Positions 36,973 through 45,798 of a DNA stretch of 64,000 nucleotides are shown one piece after another; within the stretch, counting starts at the first letter, position 1, and each line of letters starts with the position of its first letter. The stretch is from positions 15,727-79,726 of the forward strand of contig JAGDMK010000001.1 of the NCBI GenBank assembly GCA_017860635.1, written 5' to 3'. The notes beneath the pieces were generated by a model. The model was not told the origin of the DNA and made no database searches. It worked only from the letters and a program-made list of their open reading frames with translations. The position numbers were made by a program, and so were the translations under genes. The DNA comes from Bacteroidota bacterium. Its GTDB lineage: Bacteria > Bacteroidota > Ignavibacteria > UBA10030 > UBA6906.

Positions 36973-39381
36973 ATGCGGACACGTCGGATTGCTTTTTTCG
37001 CACTGTTTTACGCGTTTGCGGTTGTTGTTGCGAACGCCCAGACTGCCAGGCTTCAGGTCATTCATAATGCGGCAGATCCCGCAGCGGATTCTGTCGATAT
37101 CTACCTGAACGGGACGCTCCTGCTTGACAATTTCAAATTCCGTGCTGCCACACCGTACATTGATGCTCCAGCAGGCGTTCAACTGAACATCGGTGTCGCT
37201 CCTGCATCCAGCCACTCTGCTTCCGACACAATCAAGAATTTCCAGGCGACGCTTGCCAGCGGCGAGAAGTACGTTGCCATCGCCAATGGGGTTCTGGATC
37301 CGGCTGGCTTCGCGGCCAATCCTGACGGCCGTTCAACCGGTTTCACGCTCTTCATCAAGACTCCGGCCAAGGAGTCATCGACAGGCGGGAACGTTGAGTT
37401 CGTCGGCGTGCACGGGGCCACTGATGCACCCACGGTGGATATCGTTGCCCGCGGCGTTGCCACACTGGTTAATAATGCTCCGTACGGCGCCATGACCGGA
37501 TACATTGCGGTTCCTCCAGCCAAGTACCTCCTGGATGTGAAGGATAGCTCCGGGACGGTCCGAGTTGCGACGTTCAGTGCAGAACTCTCCGGTCTTGCCA
37601 ACGGTGCGGCGATCGTGTTCGCATCCGGGTTCCTGAATCCTTCGGCAAACAAGAACGGGAAGGCATTTGGGCTGTTTGCGGCTCTGCCGAATGGCACCGT
37701 TGTGACATTGCCCCTGGTGACAACAGCACGCCTTCAGGCAATCCACAATGCTGCCGATCCCGCTGCAGATTCTGTCGACATTTATCTTGGATCGATTAAG
37801 CTTCTCGACAACTTCAAGTTCCGTCAGGCAACGCCGTTCATCGATGCGCCGGCAGGCCAGCAGATCGTGCTCGGCGTCGCTCCGGCAACGAGTATGAGTG
37901 TCAGTGACACGCTCGTGGGATTCAGGGCGACCCTCACCCCTGGTGAAAGCTATGTGGTAATCGCGAACGGGGTGTTGAGCCCTGCGACCTTCGCATCGAA
38001 CCCCGACGGTCGTCCCATCGGCTTCACGCTCTTCATCAAGACTCCGGCAAAAGAGTCGGCCACCGGTGGTAATGTTGAATTCGTCGGGGTCCACGGCGCG
38101 ACGGATGCACCTACAGTTGACATCGTCGCACGCGGTGTGGCCACGCTTGTCAACAATGCCTCATATGGTGATGTGACCGGCTACATTCCGGTTCCCCCGG
38201 CCAAGTACCTTCTGGATGTCAAAGATAGCTCCGGTACGGTCCGTGTTGCGACGTTCAGCGCAGATCTTTCCGGTCTTGCCAACGGTGCGGCGATCGTGTT
38301 CGCGTCCGGGTTCCTGAATCCTTCGGCAAACAAGAATGGGAAGGCATTCGGACTGTTTGCTGCTCTGCCGAATGGCGCGGTCGTGGAATTCCCGGCGGTG
38401 ACGACTGCACGCGTCCAGGTGATCCACAATGCCGCAGATCCTGCTGCCGCTTCAGTTGACGTGTACCTCAACGGGACGAAGCTGATTGACAACTTCGGTT
38501 TCCGCAAGGCGACCCCCTTCATTGACGCGCCCGCGGGCTCTCCGATCAACATCGGTGTGGCCGGTGGCAACAGCAGCACGGCAGCAGACACACTCAAGAA
38601 CTTCGCGCTGACACTGACCCCGGGCGACACCTATGTTGCGATAGCCAACGGCGTACTGAATCTGGCCAACTTCGCGGTCAACCCGAACGGCAAGAACCGG
38701 GCATTCACCCTGTTCATTCAGCCCGTCGCCCGCGAGAAGGCTCTCGACACCACCAAAGTGGAGTTTTTTGCCCTGCACGGCTCCACAGATGCGCCGATCG
38801 TTGATGTGGTTGCCCGCGGTGTTGCGACGCTCGTCAACAATGCTGCGTACGGAGATATCACGGGATACATCGCAGTGCCTCCGGCCAGCTACACCCTCGA
38901 CGTGAAGGACAGCAGCGGCTCGGTGACGGTTGCCAGCTTTGCCGCAGATCTCAGCGGCCTGCGCAAGGGGTCTGCTGTGGTGTTCGCCTCTGGATTCCTG
39001 ACTCCTTCGGCGAACCAGAATGGTCCGGCATTTGGTCTATACGCAGCGCTGGCAAACGGGACCGTCGTGCCGTTCGGAGCAGTCACAAGTGTGAGCCAGC
39101 AGTCTGATGTGGCACCGTTCTCGTACGAGTTGTCGCAGAATTATCCCAATCCGTTCAACCCGTCGACGCAGATCACGTTCTCCGTTCCGAAAGACGCCAT
39201 TGCGAAGCTAGTGGTCTACAATTCGCTCGGACAGGAAATCGCGACCCTGGCCGATGGGGCTTACACCGCCGGAACATACCGGGTGGACTTCAATGCTGCC
39301 GGGCTGCCCTCCGGTGCATACTTCTACAGAGTCCAGGCGGGAGAGTTCACTGCCACTCGCAAGATGGTTCTCATGAAGTAA
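36973..39381 (+). CDS. Secreted protein with three tandem ~228-aa DUF4397-like domains and a T9SS CTD
   Basis: RBS 'acggagg'. Signal peptide 'MRTRRIAFFALFYAFAVVVANAQ'. Three repeats starting 'RLQVIHNAADPAADSVDIYLNG', 'RLQAIHNAADPAADSVDIYLGS', 'RVQVIHNAADPAAASVDVYLNG' (nt period about 682; repeats 1 and 2 are about 85-90% nt-identical). CTD 'NYPNPFNPSTQITFSVP..FYRVQAGEFTATRKMVLMK'. Confidence 0.7.
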   Translation: MRTRRIAFFALFYAFAVVVANAQTARLQVIHNAADPAADSVDIYLNGTLLLDNFKFRAATPYIDAPAGVQLNIGVAPASSHSASDTIKNFQATLASGEKYVAIANGVLDPAGFAANPDGRSTGFTLFIKTPAKESSTGGNVEFVGVHGATDAPTVDIVARGVATLVNNAPYGAMTGYIAVPPAKYLLDVKDSSGTVRVATFSAELSGLANGAAIVFASGFLNPSANKNGKAFGLFAALPNGTVVTLPLVTTARLQAIHNAADPAADSVDIYLGSIKLLDNFKFRQATPFIDAPAGQQIVLGVAPATSMSVSDTLVGFRATLTPGESYVVIANGVLSPATFASNPDGRPIGFTLFIKTPAKESATGGNVEFVGVHGATDAPTVDIVARGVATLVNNASYGDVTGYIPVPPAKYLLDVKDSSGTVRVATFSADLSGLANGAAIVFASGFLNPSANKNGKAFGLFAALPNGAVVEFPAVTTARVQVIHNAADPAAASVDVYLNGTKLIDNFGFRKATPFIDAPAGSPINIGVAGGNSSTAADTLKNFALTLTPGDTYVAIANGVLNLANFAVNPNGKNRAFTLFIQPVAREKALDTTKVEFFALHGSTDAPIVDVVARGVATLVNNAAYGDITGYIAVPPASYTLDVKDSSGSVTVASFAADLSGLRKGSAVVFASGFLTPSANQNGPAFGLYAALANGTVVPFGAVTSVSQQSDVAPFSYELSQNYPNPFNPSTQITFSVPKDAIAKLVVYNSLGQEIATLADGAYTAGTYRVDFNAAGLPSGAYFYRVQAGEFTATRKMVLMK

Positions 39382-39446
39382 GCATTCTCTTCTGTCAGGT
39401 GTACCGGTTCTAGAAAACAAAACCTGGCTCTCTAAGAGCCAAGGAC

Positions 39447-39490
39447 GAATCAAGCGGTGTCGCGGCGCGATGCCGCTTGATTTCTTTTCT
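39447..39490 (+). terminator. Rho-independent terminator after the DUF4397 cargo gene
   Basis: 10-bp perfect stem 'aatcaagcgg..ccgcttgatt' followed by 'tcttttct'. Confidence 0.6.
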
Positions 39491-39690
39491 GGATGGTGCC
39501 TGCCCCTCAATGGGAGTCGGGGAGGGACGCACACCCGCCGGGAGCATATGGATTAGCAATCATTGGCCGATTTGTTCGCGTTTCGAGGGGCAGGCGTGTT
39601 GATGCTGAGCCGGCCAATGCCGAGGCGCGTTGGTGTTGAGGCGACCTGCAGCGTTGTATCTCTAGAGGCGACTCCGTATATTAAAACATT

Positions 39691-41154
39691 ATGGCTGAAG
39701 AAAGGATCGTTGAACCACGGCTCCTGCGCGGTTTCAGAGACTATCTCCCCGCGCAGATGAATGCCCGGAACAAACTCGTCGCCACAATCCGGCAGGTGTA
39801 TGAACGCTATGGTTTCCTCCCGCTTGAAACCCCTGCGCAGGAATACCGCGTGACCCTGATGGGGTATGGCGAAGAAAACACCAAGCAGATCTTCACGTTC
39901 CAGAATCCCGAAGAAGAAGACGTTGCATTGAGGTTCGACCTCACCGTCCCCCTCGCCCGTGTTGTTGCCCAGTACCCGGATCTCCCGTTGCCGTTCCGCC
40001 GCTACCAGGTAGCGCCCGTCTGGCGTGCTGACAAGCCGGATCCGGGTCGTTTCCGCGAGTTCCTGCAGTTCGATCTGGACTCGGTCGGCACCTCATCGCT
40101 TGCGGCAGATGTCGAGATCCTGACCGGGATGTATGACACACTCAAGGCTCTGGGGCTGCAGAACTTCCTAGTCCGGTTCAGCAGCCGCAAAGTCCTGAAC
40201 AGCCTTCTCGACTATGCCGGGATCTCTCACGACATGGCCCACGGAGTGTTCCGTGTGCTGGACAAGTTAGAGAAAATCGGTGTCGAGAATGTTGCTGCCG
40301 AGCTGACAGTGGGACGCGTGGATGTGTCGGGTGACAAGATTCAGGGACTCGGGCTGAATACAAAAGCAGTCTCACGGATCACTGAATTCCTGGCGCTTCC
40401 CAAGGGCGCGCGCGATCAGGTTCTGACCGGACTCAAGCAATTGTTTTCGGGTGTCGATTCCGCGGCCGAGGCAGTGCAGGAGCTCGAGTTCCTCTGTACC
40501 TCTCTGGAGGTGCTGGACATCCCGGAGGACTGCGTCGCACTGGATCTGAGTATCGCCCGAGGTCTCGATTACTACACGGGTCCGGTGTTTGAAGCCGTGC
40601 TCAACGATGCTCCGGAGTTCGGCTCTGTGTTTGGTGGAGGACGCTATGACGGGCTGGTGGAGCGCTTCCTCGGGCGCAAGATTCCTGCCGTCGGTGCCTC
40701 GATCGGTGTGGACCGACTGTTTGCCGCCATGCAGAAGCTGGGCCTCTTCACCATGGGAAACGCAACGGCACAGGTGTTGGTGACAATCATGGAACATGGC
40801 AGGCTGGCTGAGTATCAGCAACTAACACGCCGCCTCCGCGAGGCAGGCATCAACACAGAAATGTACCTCGGGGAGGAACGGAGCCCGGGCAAGCAGCTGC
40901 AGTATGCCAACCGGCAACACATTCCCGTCGCAATCCTTCTGGGCAGCAACGAATTCGAACGCGGCGAAGTGACTATCAAAGACCTGGTGCTGGGTGCGTC
41001 GCTTCAGGAAAAGAAGAAGGGCGTCACAGGGAAAGACCGCGAAAAATACCTTCAGGAAACCCGCACGGTACAGATGACAGTGCCTCAAGCAGCATGCGTC
41101 GACAAGGTCAGGGAAGTCCTCGCGCGTCACAACGGATCATCGCTCTCCAGCTAA
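39691..41154 (+). CDS. hisS: Histidine--tRNA ligase
   Basis: N-terminal 'PRLLRGFRDYLP' HisRS signature, class II aaRS motifs and 'GGRYDGL'. Confidence 0.9.
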   Translation: MAEERIVEPRLLRGFRDYLPAQMNARNKLVATIRQVYERYGFLPLETPAQEYRVTLMGYGEENTKQIFTFQNPEEEDVALRFDLTVPLARVVAQYPDLPLPFRRYQVAPVWRADKPDPGRFREFLQFDLDSVGTSSLAADVEILTGMYDTLKALGLQNFLVRFSSRKVLNSLLDYAGISHDMAHGVFRVLDKLEKIGVENVAAELTVGRVDVSGDKIQGLGLNTKAVSRITEFLALPKGARDQVLTGLKQLFSGVDSAAEAVQELEFLCTSLEVLDIPEDCVALDLSIARGLDYYTGPVFEAVLNDAPEFGSVFGGGRYDGLVERFLGRKIPAVGASIGVDRLFAAMQKLGLFTMGNATAQVLVTIMEHGRLAEYQQLTRRLREAGINTEMYLGEERSPGKQLQYANRQHIPVAILLGSNEFERGEVTIKDLVLGASLQEKKKGVTGKDREKYLQETRTVQMTVPQAACVDKVREVLARHNGSSLSS

Positions 41155-41168
41155 TCATCGGACCCTTT

Positions 41169-42686
41169 ATGTCCAGGACTCTTCGTGTAGATGGCAAATC
41201 ACTGACCATCGATCGTGTCGTCGCGGTGGCGCGCAACAACATGCCCGTCCGGCTTGATCCTTCCGCGCGGAAGGACATGCGACGGTCACGCGAGTGGGTC
41301 GAACAGGCCGTGAGGGATCATGCCATCGTGTACGGCGTGACCACAGGGTTCGGGGCATTTCAGAATGTGTCGGTCCCGCAGGACCGGCTGCGCGAGCTCC
41401 AGCGCAATCTGATCCTCAGTCATTGTGCTGGCGTGGGTGCGCCATTTCCAGAAGAGGTTGTTCGTGCGATGCTGCTGCTCCGGGCGAATGCGCTTGCGCG
41501 CGGCCATTCCGGCATCCGGATATTCGTCGTCGAGCGGCTGCTGGAAATGCTCAACCGGGGCGTGCATCCGGTGGTGCCCGAGCAGGGTTCTGTTGGCTCC
41601 AGCGGAGATCTGGCACCTCTATCGCATGCTGCAGCCGTGCTCATCGGCGAGGGGGAAGCATTCTACAAGGGTAAGCGCATGAGCGGCGCCAGGGCAATGC
41701 GTTTGGCGGGACTTGAGCCGGTTGTGCTCGAAGCCAAAGAGGGCCTTGCCCTGAACAACGGTACACAGGCCATGACCGCGGTGGGGGCGCTGGCCGTTTG
41801 TGATGCCCGCCGCATTGCAGACCTCGCCGATATCGCGGCAGCGATGAGCCTCGAGGCGGTGAAAGGGAAGAGCACCCCATTTGCGGAAAAAGTGCTTGCC
41901 ACCCGTCCTCATCCGGGGCAGGCGCGCTCTGCGCAGAACATCCGGACGATGATTGCGGGAAGCCGTCTGGTGGACCGTGTCGATCATGACACACGGCACA
42001 AGGTCCAGGACTCGTACTCCATCCGCTGCGCGCCGCAGGTGCACGGTGCCTCGCGGGATGCCATTGACTACGTCGCCCGTGTTGTAGAAACCGAAATCAA
42101 CGCCACCACCGACAATCCGTTGATCTTCCCGGATTCCAACGAGGTGTTCAGCGTCGGCAATTTCCACGGACAACCGGTCGCGCTGGCCATGGACTTCCTG
42201 GCGCTGGCCGTTGCGGAGCTCGGAAACATCTCTGAACGGCGGACTGCAAAGCTGATGGACCGTGAACACAACTGCGGCCTTCCGGCATTTCTTGCGGTCG
42301 ACGGCGGGATTGAATCGGGCCTGATGATCGAACAATATACGGCTGCAGCGTTGGTCTCTGAAAACAAGGTCCTAATTCATCCGGCCAGCGGCGACTCCAT
42401 CCCGACATCGGCCAATCAGGAAGACCATGTCAGCATGGGCACCATCGCCGCCCGGCAAGCGCGTCAGGTGCTGGAGAATGTAGAACGGGTGATAGCGATC
42501 GAGCTCCACGGTGCAGTTGAGGCCCTCGGTTACCGTTCGGAGCGTCAGGGGGAGGGAACCCGGAAGGCGTTCAAGATGCTCTCCGAGGTGGTACCTCCTC
42601 TCCGCGGGGACCGTCCTCTGTCGAAGGATATTGAAAACCTGGTAGGATTTCTCCGCGAAGACACTCTGCGCACTGTCCTGCATTGA
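41169..42686 (+). CDS. hutH: Histidine ammonia-lyase family (MIO-dependent) enzyme
   Basis: 'GSVGSSGDLAPLSH', 'KEGLALNNGTQAMTA' and 'QDSYSIRCAPQVHG' are HAL/PAL family hallmarks. The MIO tripeptide is Ser-Ser-Gly rather than the usual Ala-Ser-Gly. Confidence 0.8.
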   Translation: MSRTLRVDGKSLTIDRVVAVARNNMPVRLDPSARKDMRRSREWVEQAVRDHAIVYGVTTGFGAFQNVSVPQDRLRELQRNLILSHCAGVGAPFPEEVVRAMLLLRANALARGHSGIRIFVVERLLEMLNRGVHPVVPEQGSVGSSGDLAPLSHAAAVLIGEGEAFYKGKRMSGARAMRLAGLEPVVLEAKEGLALNNGTQAMTAVGALAVCDARRIADLADIAAAMSLEAVKGKSTPFAEKVLATRPHPGQARSAQNIRTMIAGSRLVDRVDHDTRHKVQDSYSIRCAPQVHGASRDAIDYVARVVETEINATTDNPLIFPDSNEVFSVGNFHGQPVALAMDFLALAVAELGNISERRTAKLMDREHNCGLPAFLAVDGGIESGLMIEQYTAAALVSENKVLIHPASGDSIPTSANQEDHVSMGTIAARQARQVLENVERVIAIELHGAVEALGYRSERQGEGTRKAFKMLSEVVPPLRGDRPLSKDIENLVGFLREDTLRTVLH

Positions 42687-42760
42687 GTACGGGCGGAGGG
42701 TCTTGATGCTGCACCCTTCTGGATCCGACACAATCTGCCTCATGTAACCCGGAGTCCACG

Positions 42761-43753
42761 ATGAGCACATGGATGCCTCACGACGATCGCTACGCCACAC
42801 TTCCATACCGCAGATGCGGGCGAAGCGGACTGCGCCTTCCGCCGATCTCACTCGGGCTCTGGCACAACTTCGGCGGAGTGGACGCCGAAGAGAACGGCCG
42901 CGCAATGCTGTGCAAAGCCTTCGATCTCGGCATCACGCATTTCGATCTGGCCAACAACTATGGTCCGCCCCCGGGATCCGCGGAGGAAACATTCGGCAGG
43001 ATCTTCAGGAAGGACTTCGTACCATACCGCGATGAACTCGTGATCTCCACAAAGGCAGGGTACTGGATGTGGCCCGGGCCGTATGGGGAGTGGGGATCAC
43101 GCAAGTATCTCATCGCCAGTCTGGACCAGAGTCTGAAGCGTATGGGTCTGGACTACGTCGACATATTCTATTCCCATCGTCCCGATCCCGACACGCCGCT
43201 TGAAGAGACCATGGGCGCACTGGATTTCGCCGTTCGTTCGGGACGTGCGCTCTATGCCGGCATCTCTTCGTACAAGCCTGACCAGACCCGGCGCGCAGCA
43301 GCACTTCTCCGTCAGATGGGCACGCCGTGCCTCATCCATCAGCCAGTCTATCACATGTTTAACCGCTGGATAGAGGGTGAACTTCTCCAGGTGTTGCAGG
43401 AGGAAGGAATGGGGTGCATTGTGTTCTCTCCGCTCGCACAAGGTCTGTTATCAGGCCGGTATCTCGAAGGGATTCCCCAGGACTCACGGGCCGGGAAGCC
43501 CCACGGTTTCCTGAGACCCCAGCACGTCACAGAGGAAAAGCTCAACAAGGTACGTTCTCTTCAGTCTGTGGCCCGGCGCCGCAACCAGACGCTTGCGCAG
43601 CTCGCGCTGAGCTGGGTGCTGCGGCGTCCCGGCGTGACTTCCGCACTTATCGGTGCAAGCTCCGTCGCGCAGATCGAGGAGAACGTGGCGGCCAGCTACG
43701 CCCCACCTCTGTCGGATGACGATCTCCGGGAGATTGACACCATACTGCACTAG
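42761..43753 (+). CDS. Aldo/keto reductase, YghZ/Gpr-like (AKR14 / Kv-beta-like)
   Basis: N-terminus 'YRRCGRSGLRLPPISLGLWHNFG' closely resembles E. coli YghZ. Carries the AKR motifs. Confidence 0.75.
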   Translation: MSTWMPHDDRYATLPYRRCGRSGLRLPPISLGLWHNFGGVDAEENGRAMLCKAFDLGITHFDLANNYGPPPGSAEETFGRIFRKDFVPYRDELVISTKAGYWMWPGPYGEWGSRKYLIASLDQSLKRMGLDYVDIFYSHRPDPDTPLEETMGALDFAVRSGRALYAGISSYKPDQTRRAAALLRQMGTPCLIHQPVYHMFNRWIEGELLQVLQEEGMGCIVFSPLAQGLLSGRYLEGIPQDSRAGKPHGFLRPQHVTEEKLNKVRSLQSVARRRNQTLAQLALSWVLRRPGVTSALIGASSVAQIEENVAASYAPPLSDDDLREIDTILH

Positions 43754-43910
43754 GCACGCCACGTTCATTTCGGGACGCTGCTGAAGGTTCTGCCTGAGCT
43801 GGTGGCTGGTTCTCGTGCGTTCGCCGATACGCACGCCCCTTTCCCGACGACTGCCAGCTCGCCTTGACCACTTCAATCCATCCATACACATCATCCCACT
43901 GATTTTTGCC

Positions 43911-43985
43911 TTACCGGTTCCTCTCTTACCGGCTTCTCTCTTACCGGCTTCTTTCTCACCGGCTTCTCTCTCACCGGCTTCTGTC
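43911..43985. repeat. Tandem direct repeat, 15-bp unit 'ttaccggcttctctc' x5
   Basis: Read directly. Lies about 80 bp upstream of msrB. Confidence 0.85.
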
Positions 43986-44062
43986 TCATTGACTCTCTTG
44001 TCATCGGCCCGGCGGAACCAGCCAACGAGACTCCGTGTTGTATCAGGAAAGGAGCGCTGGAT

Positions 44063-44560
44063 ATGTGGATGACAGGTATTCTGCTCGCGTTGTTTCTTCT
44101 TCACTCAGGCGACGAATCAGGTCGACACATCAGGGTGTATTCGGTCGAAAAGAAAGGATACGTGACGGTGGAAAAGGTCGTGAAGTCGGAGAAGGAATGG
44201 CGCGCGCTACTGACACCGGAGCAATACGAGGTGACCAGAAAGCATGGTACCGAGCGGGCCTGTTCAGGGGCATACTGGGCTCATCACGAAGCCGGTGTCT
44301 ATTCCTGCGTCTGCTGCGGACTGGATCTCTTTGCGTCGAACACGAAATTCGAGTCAGGGACCGGCTGGCCCAGCTTCTTCGGTCCGGTCGCAAAGGAAAA
44401 CATCTTGAATGTCGTCGACCGGAGCTTCGGGATGGTCCGTACAGAAATCCGCTGTGCGCGCTGTGACGCCCACCTCGGGCACGTGTTTGAGGATGGACCT
44501 CCGCCGACAGGGCTCCGCTACTGCCTGAACTCGCTGGCCTTGAAATTCACGCCCCGGTGA
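44063..44560 (+). CDS. msrB: Peptide-methionine (R)-S-oxide reductase MsrB with an N-terminal hydrophobic extension
   Basis: Two CxxC pairs ('CVCCGLDLF', '[12 protein letters not shown]') and 'GTGWPSF'. The N-terminus '[16 protein letters not shown]' looks like a signal peptide or membrane anchor. Confidence 0.85.
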   Translation: MWMTGILLALFLLHSGDESGRHIRVYSVEKKGYVTVEKVVKSEKEWRALLTPEQYEVTRKHGTERACSGAYWAHHEAGVYSCVCCGLDLFASNTKFESGTGWPSFFGPVAKENILNVVDRSFGMVRTEIRCARCDAHLGHVFEDGPPPTGLRYCLNSLALKFTPR

Positions 44561-44621
44561 TTCTGCTGAGTTGATGGCTTCAGGGAAACCATGAGCTCCG
44601 GCGAAGTAATGAGAAGGCGCT

Positions 44622-44720
44622 GCGCCAGGTACAACCTTTTCCGCCGCAAGCCAGTCCACCACAACCTTGTCCGCCGTAAGCCAGTCCATCACAACTTTCT
44701 CCGCCGTAACCCAGTCAATC
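44622..44720. repeat. Tandem direct repeat, ~30-bp unit 'tccgccg(c/t)aagccagtcca(c/t)cacaac(c/t)ttg' x3.3
   Basis: Read directly. Lies between msrB and the polysaccharide operon. Confidence 0.8.
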
Positions 44721-44798
44721 CCAACCTTGCAACTCCTGACCTTTTAATGTATCTTCTGTAAAATCTGCGGCCTTCGTATCTCTCTGCCGGATTGACAC

Positions 44799-45785
44799 TT
44801 GCGACGCAAGAAGATACTCTTCACCTCCTCTCTCAATTCGACATTCATCCAGGAAGACATCAGGCTGCTGCAGAAGCACTATGATGTAACTCCTCTGAAC
44901 ACCCTCGGGCCTGGTGCTTTCTTCAAGATTCTTGTCCGCATCCGGTCGCACGATGTCACATTCACCTGGTTTGCCTCCGTCTATGCGTTCCTTACGGTTC
45001 TTCTGAGCCGGATCTTCGGCAAAAATGCTCTCATTGTTGCCGGAGGGGCAGATGCAGCAAAGCTCCCGGAGATTCCCTACGGGATCTGGGTGAGTCCGTG
45101 GAGGACTCCCCTGGTCAGGTACGCCGTCCGGCATGCCTGGCATGTTCTCGCGGTGGATCCCTCCCTGCAGAGCGGGCTGGCCAGGCTCGCCGGCTATGAC
45201 GGCCAGAACATTGTCTACGTCCCGACAGGCTACGATCCGGAAAAATGGAAACCCGGGGGTGCGAAAGAACGGTTCGTATTGACCGTCGCAGGTTGTGAGT
45301 ATCGATGGAGAATGAAGGTCAAGGGAATCGATGTGCTCCTCGACGTTGCGCGCAGCCTTGCTGATGTGCATTTCGTGGTGGTGGGGATGCATGAACTGCT
45401 GATTCAGGAAACAAGGGCGACGATTCCGCCGAATGTCGAGCTCATTCCTTTCATCCCACAAAGTACACTGCTCGGCTATTACCAGCGGGCTGCGGTATAC
45501 TGCCAGCCCTCGTACACGGAGGGTTTGCCGAACAGTCTCTGTGAGGCGATGCTCTGTGAATGCGTTCCGGTGGGTTCGAATGTCGGAGGGATTCCCACGG
45601 CGATCGCCGGGATCGGCCATATGGTTCCTTATGGCGATGTCCCGGCATTCGCCAGTGCCATCCGCTTGGCCCTGGACGCTCCCGGCAATACCGGCAGTCG
45701 GGCACGGGAGCACATTGCGCAGACATTCACGCTGGAGCGCCGGGAAACAGCGCTTCGGCAGATTGTAGAAGAGGCGACACGATGA
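44799..45785 (+). CDS. Glycosyltransferase family 4 (GT-B, group 1)
   Basis: 'EGLPNSLCEAMLCECVPVGSNVGGIP' is the GT1/GT4 C-terminal nucleotide-sugar binding motif. Confidence 0.7.
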   Translation: MRRKKILFTSSLNSTFIQEDIRLLQKHYDVTPLNTLGPGAFFKILVRIRSHDVTFTWFASVYAFLTVLLSRIFGKNALIVAGGADAAKLPEIPYGIWVSPWRTPLVRYAVRHAWHVLAVDPSLQSGLARLAGYDGQNIVYVPTGYDPEKWKPGGAKERFVLTVAGCEYRWRMKVKGIDVLLDVARSLADVHFVVVGMHELLIQETRATIPPNVELIPFIPQSTLLGYYQRAAVYCQPSYTEGLPNSLCEAMLCECVPVGSNVGGIPTAIAGIGHMVPYGDVPAFASAIRLALDAPGNTGSRAREHIAQTFTLERRETALRQIVEEATR

Positions 45786-45798
45786 GCCGGGGGAGAGT

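Noticed and set aside
37375-38094. 239-aa and 172-aa minus-strand ORFs inside the DUF4397 cargo gene
   Set aside because: Antisense shadow ORFs of a tandemly repeated, high-GC coding region. The plus-strand gene has signal peptide, RBS and CTD.
41619-42335. 238-aa minus-strand ORF
   Set aside because: Antisense to hutH, which has unmistakable HAL motifs. Arg/Pro-rich junk composition.
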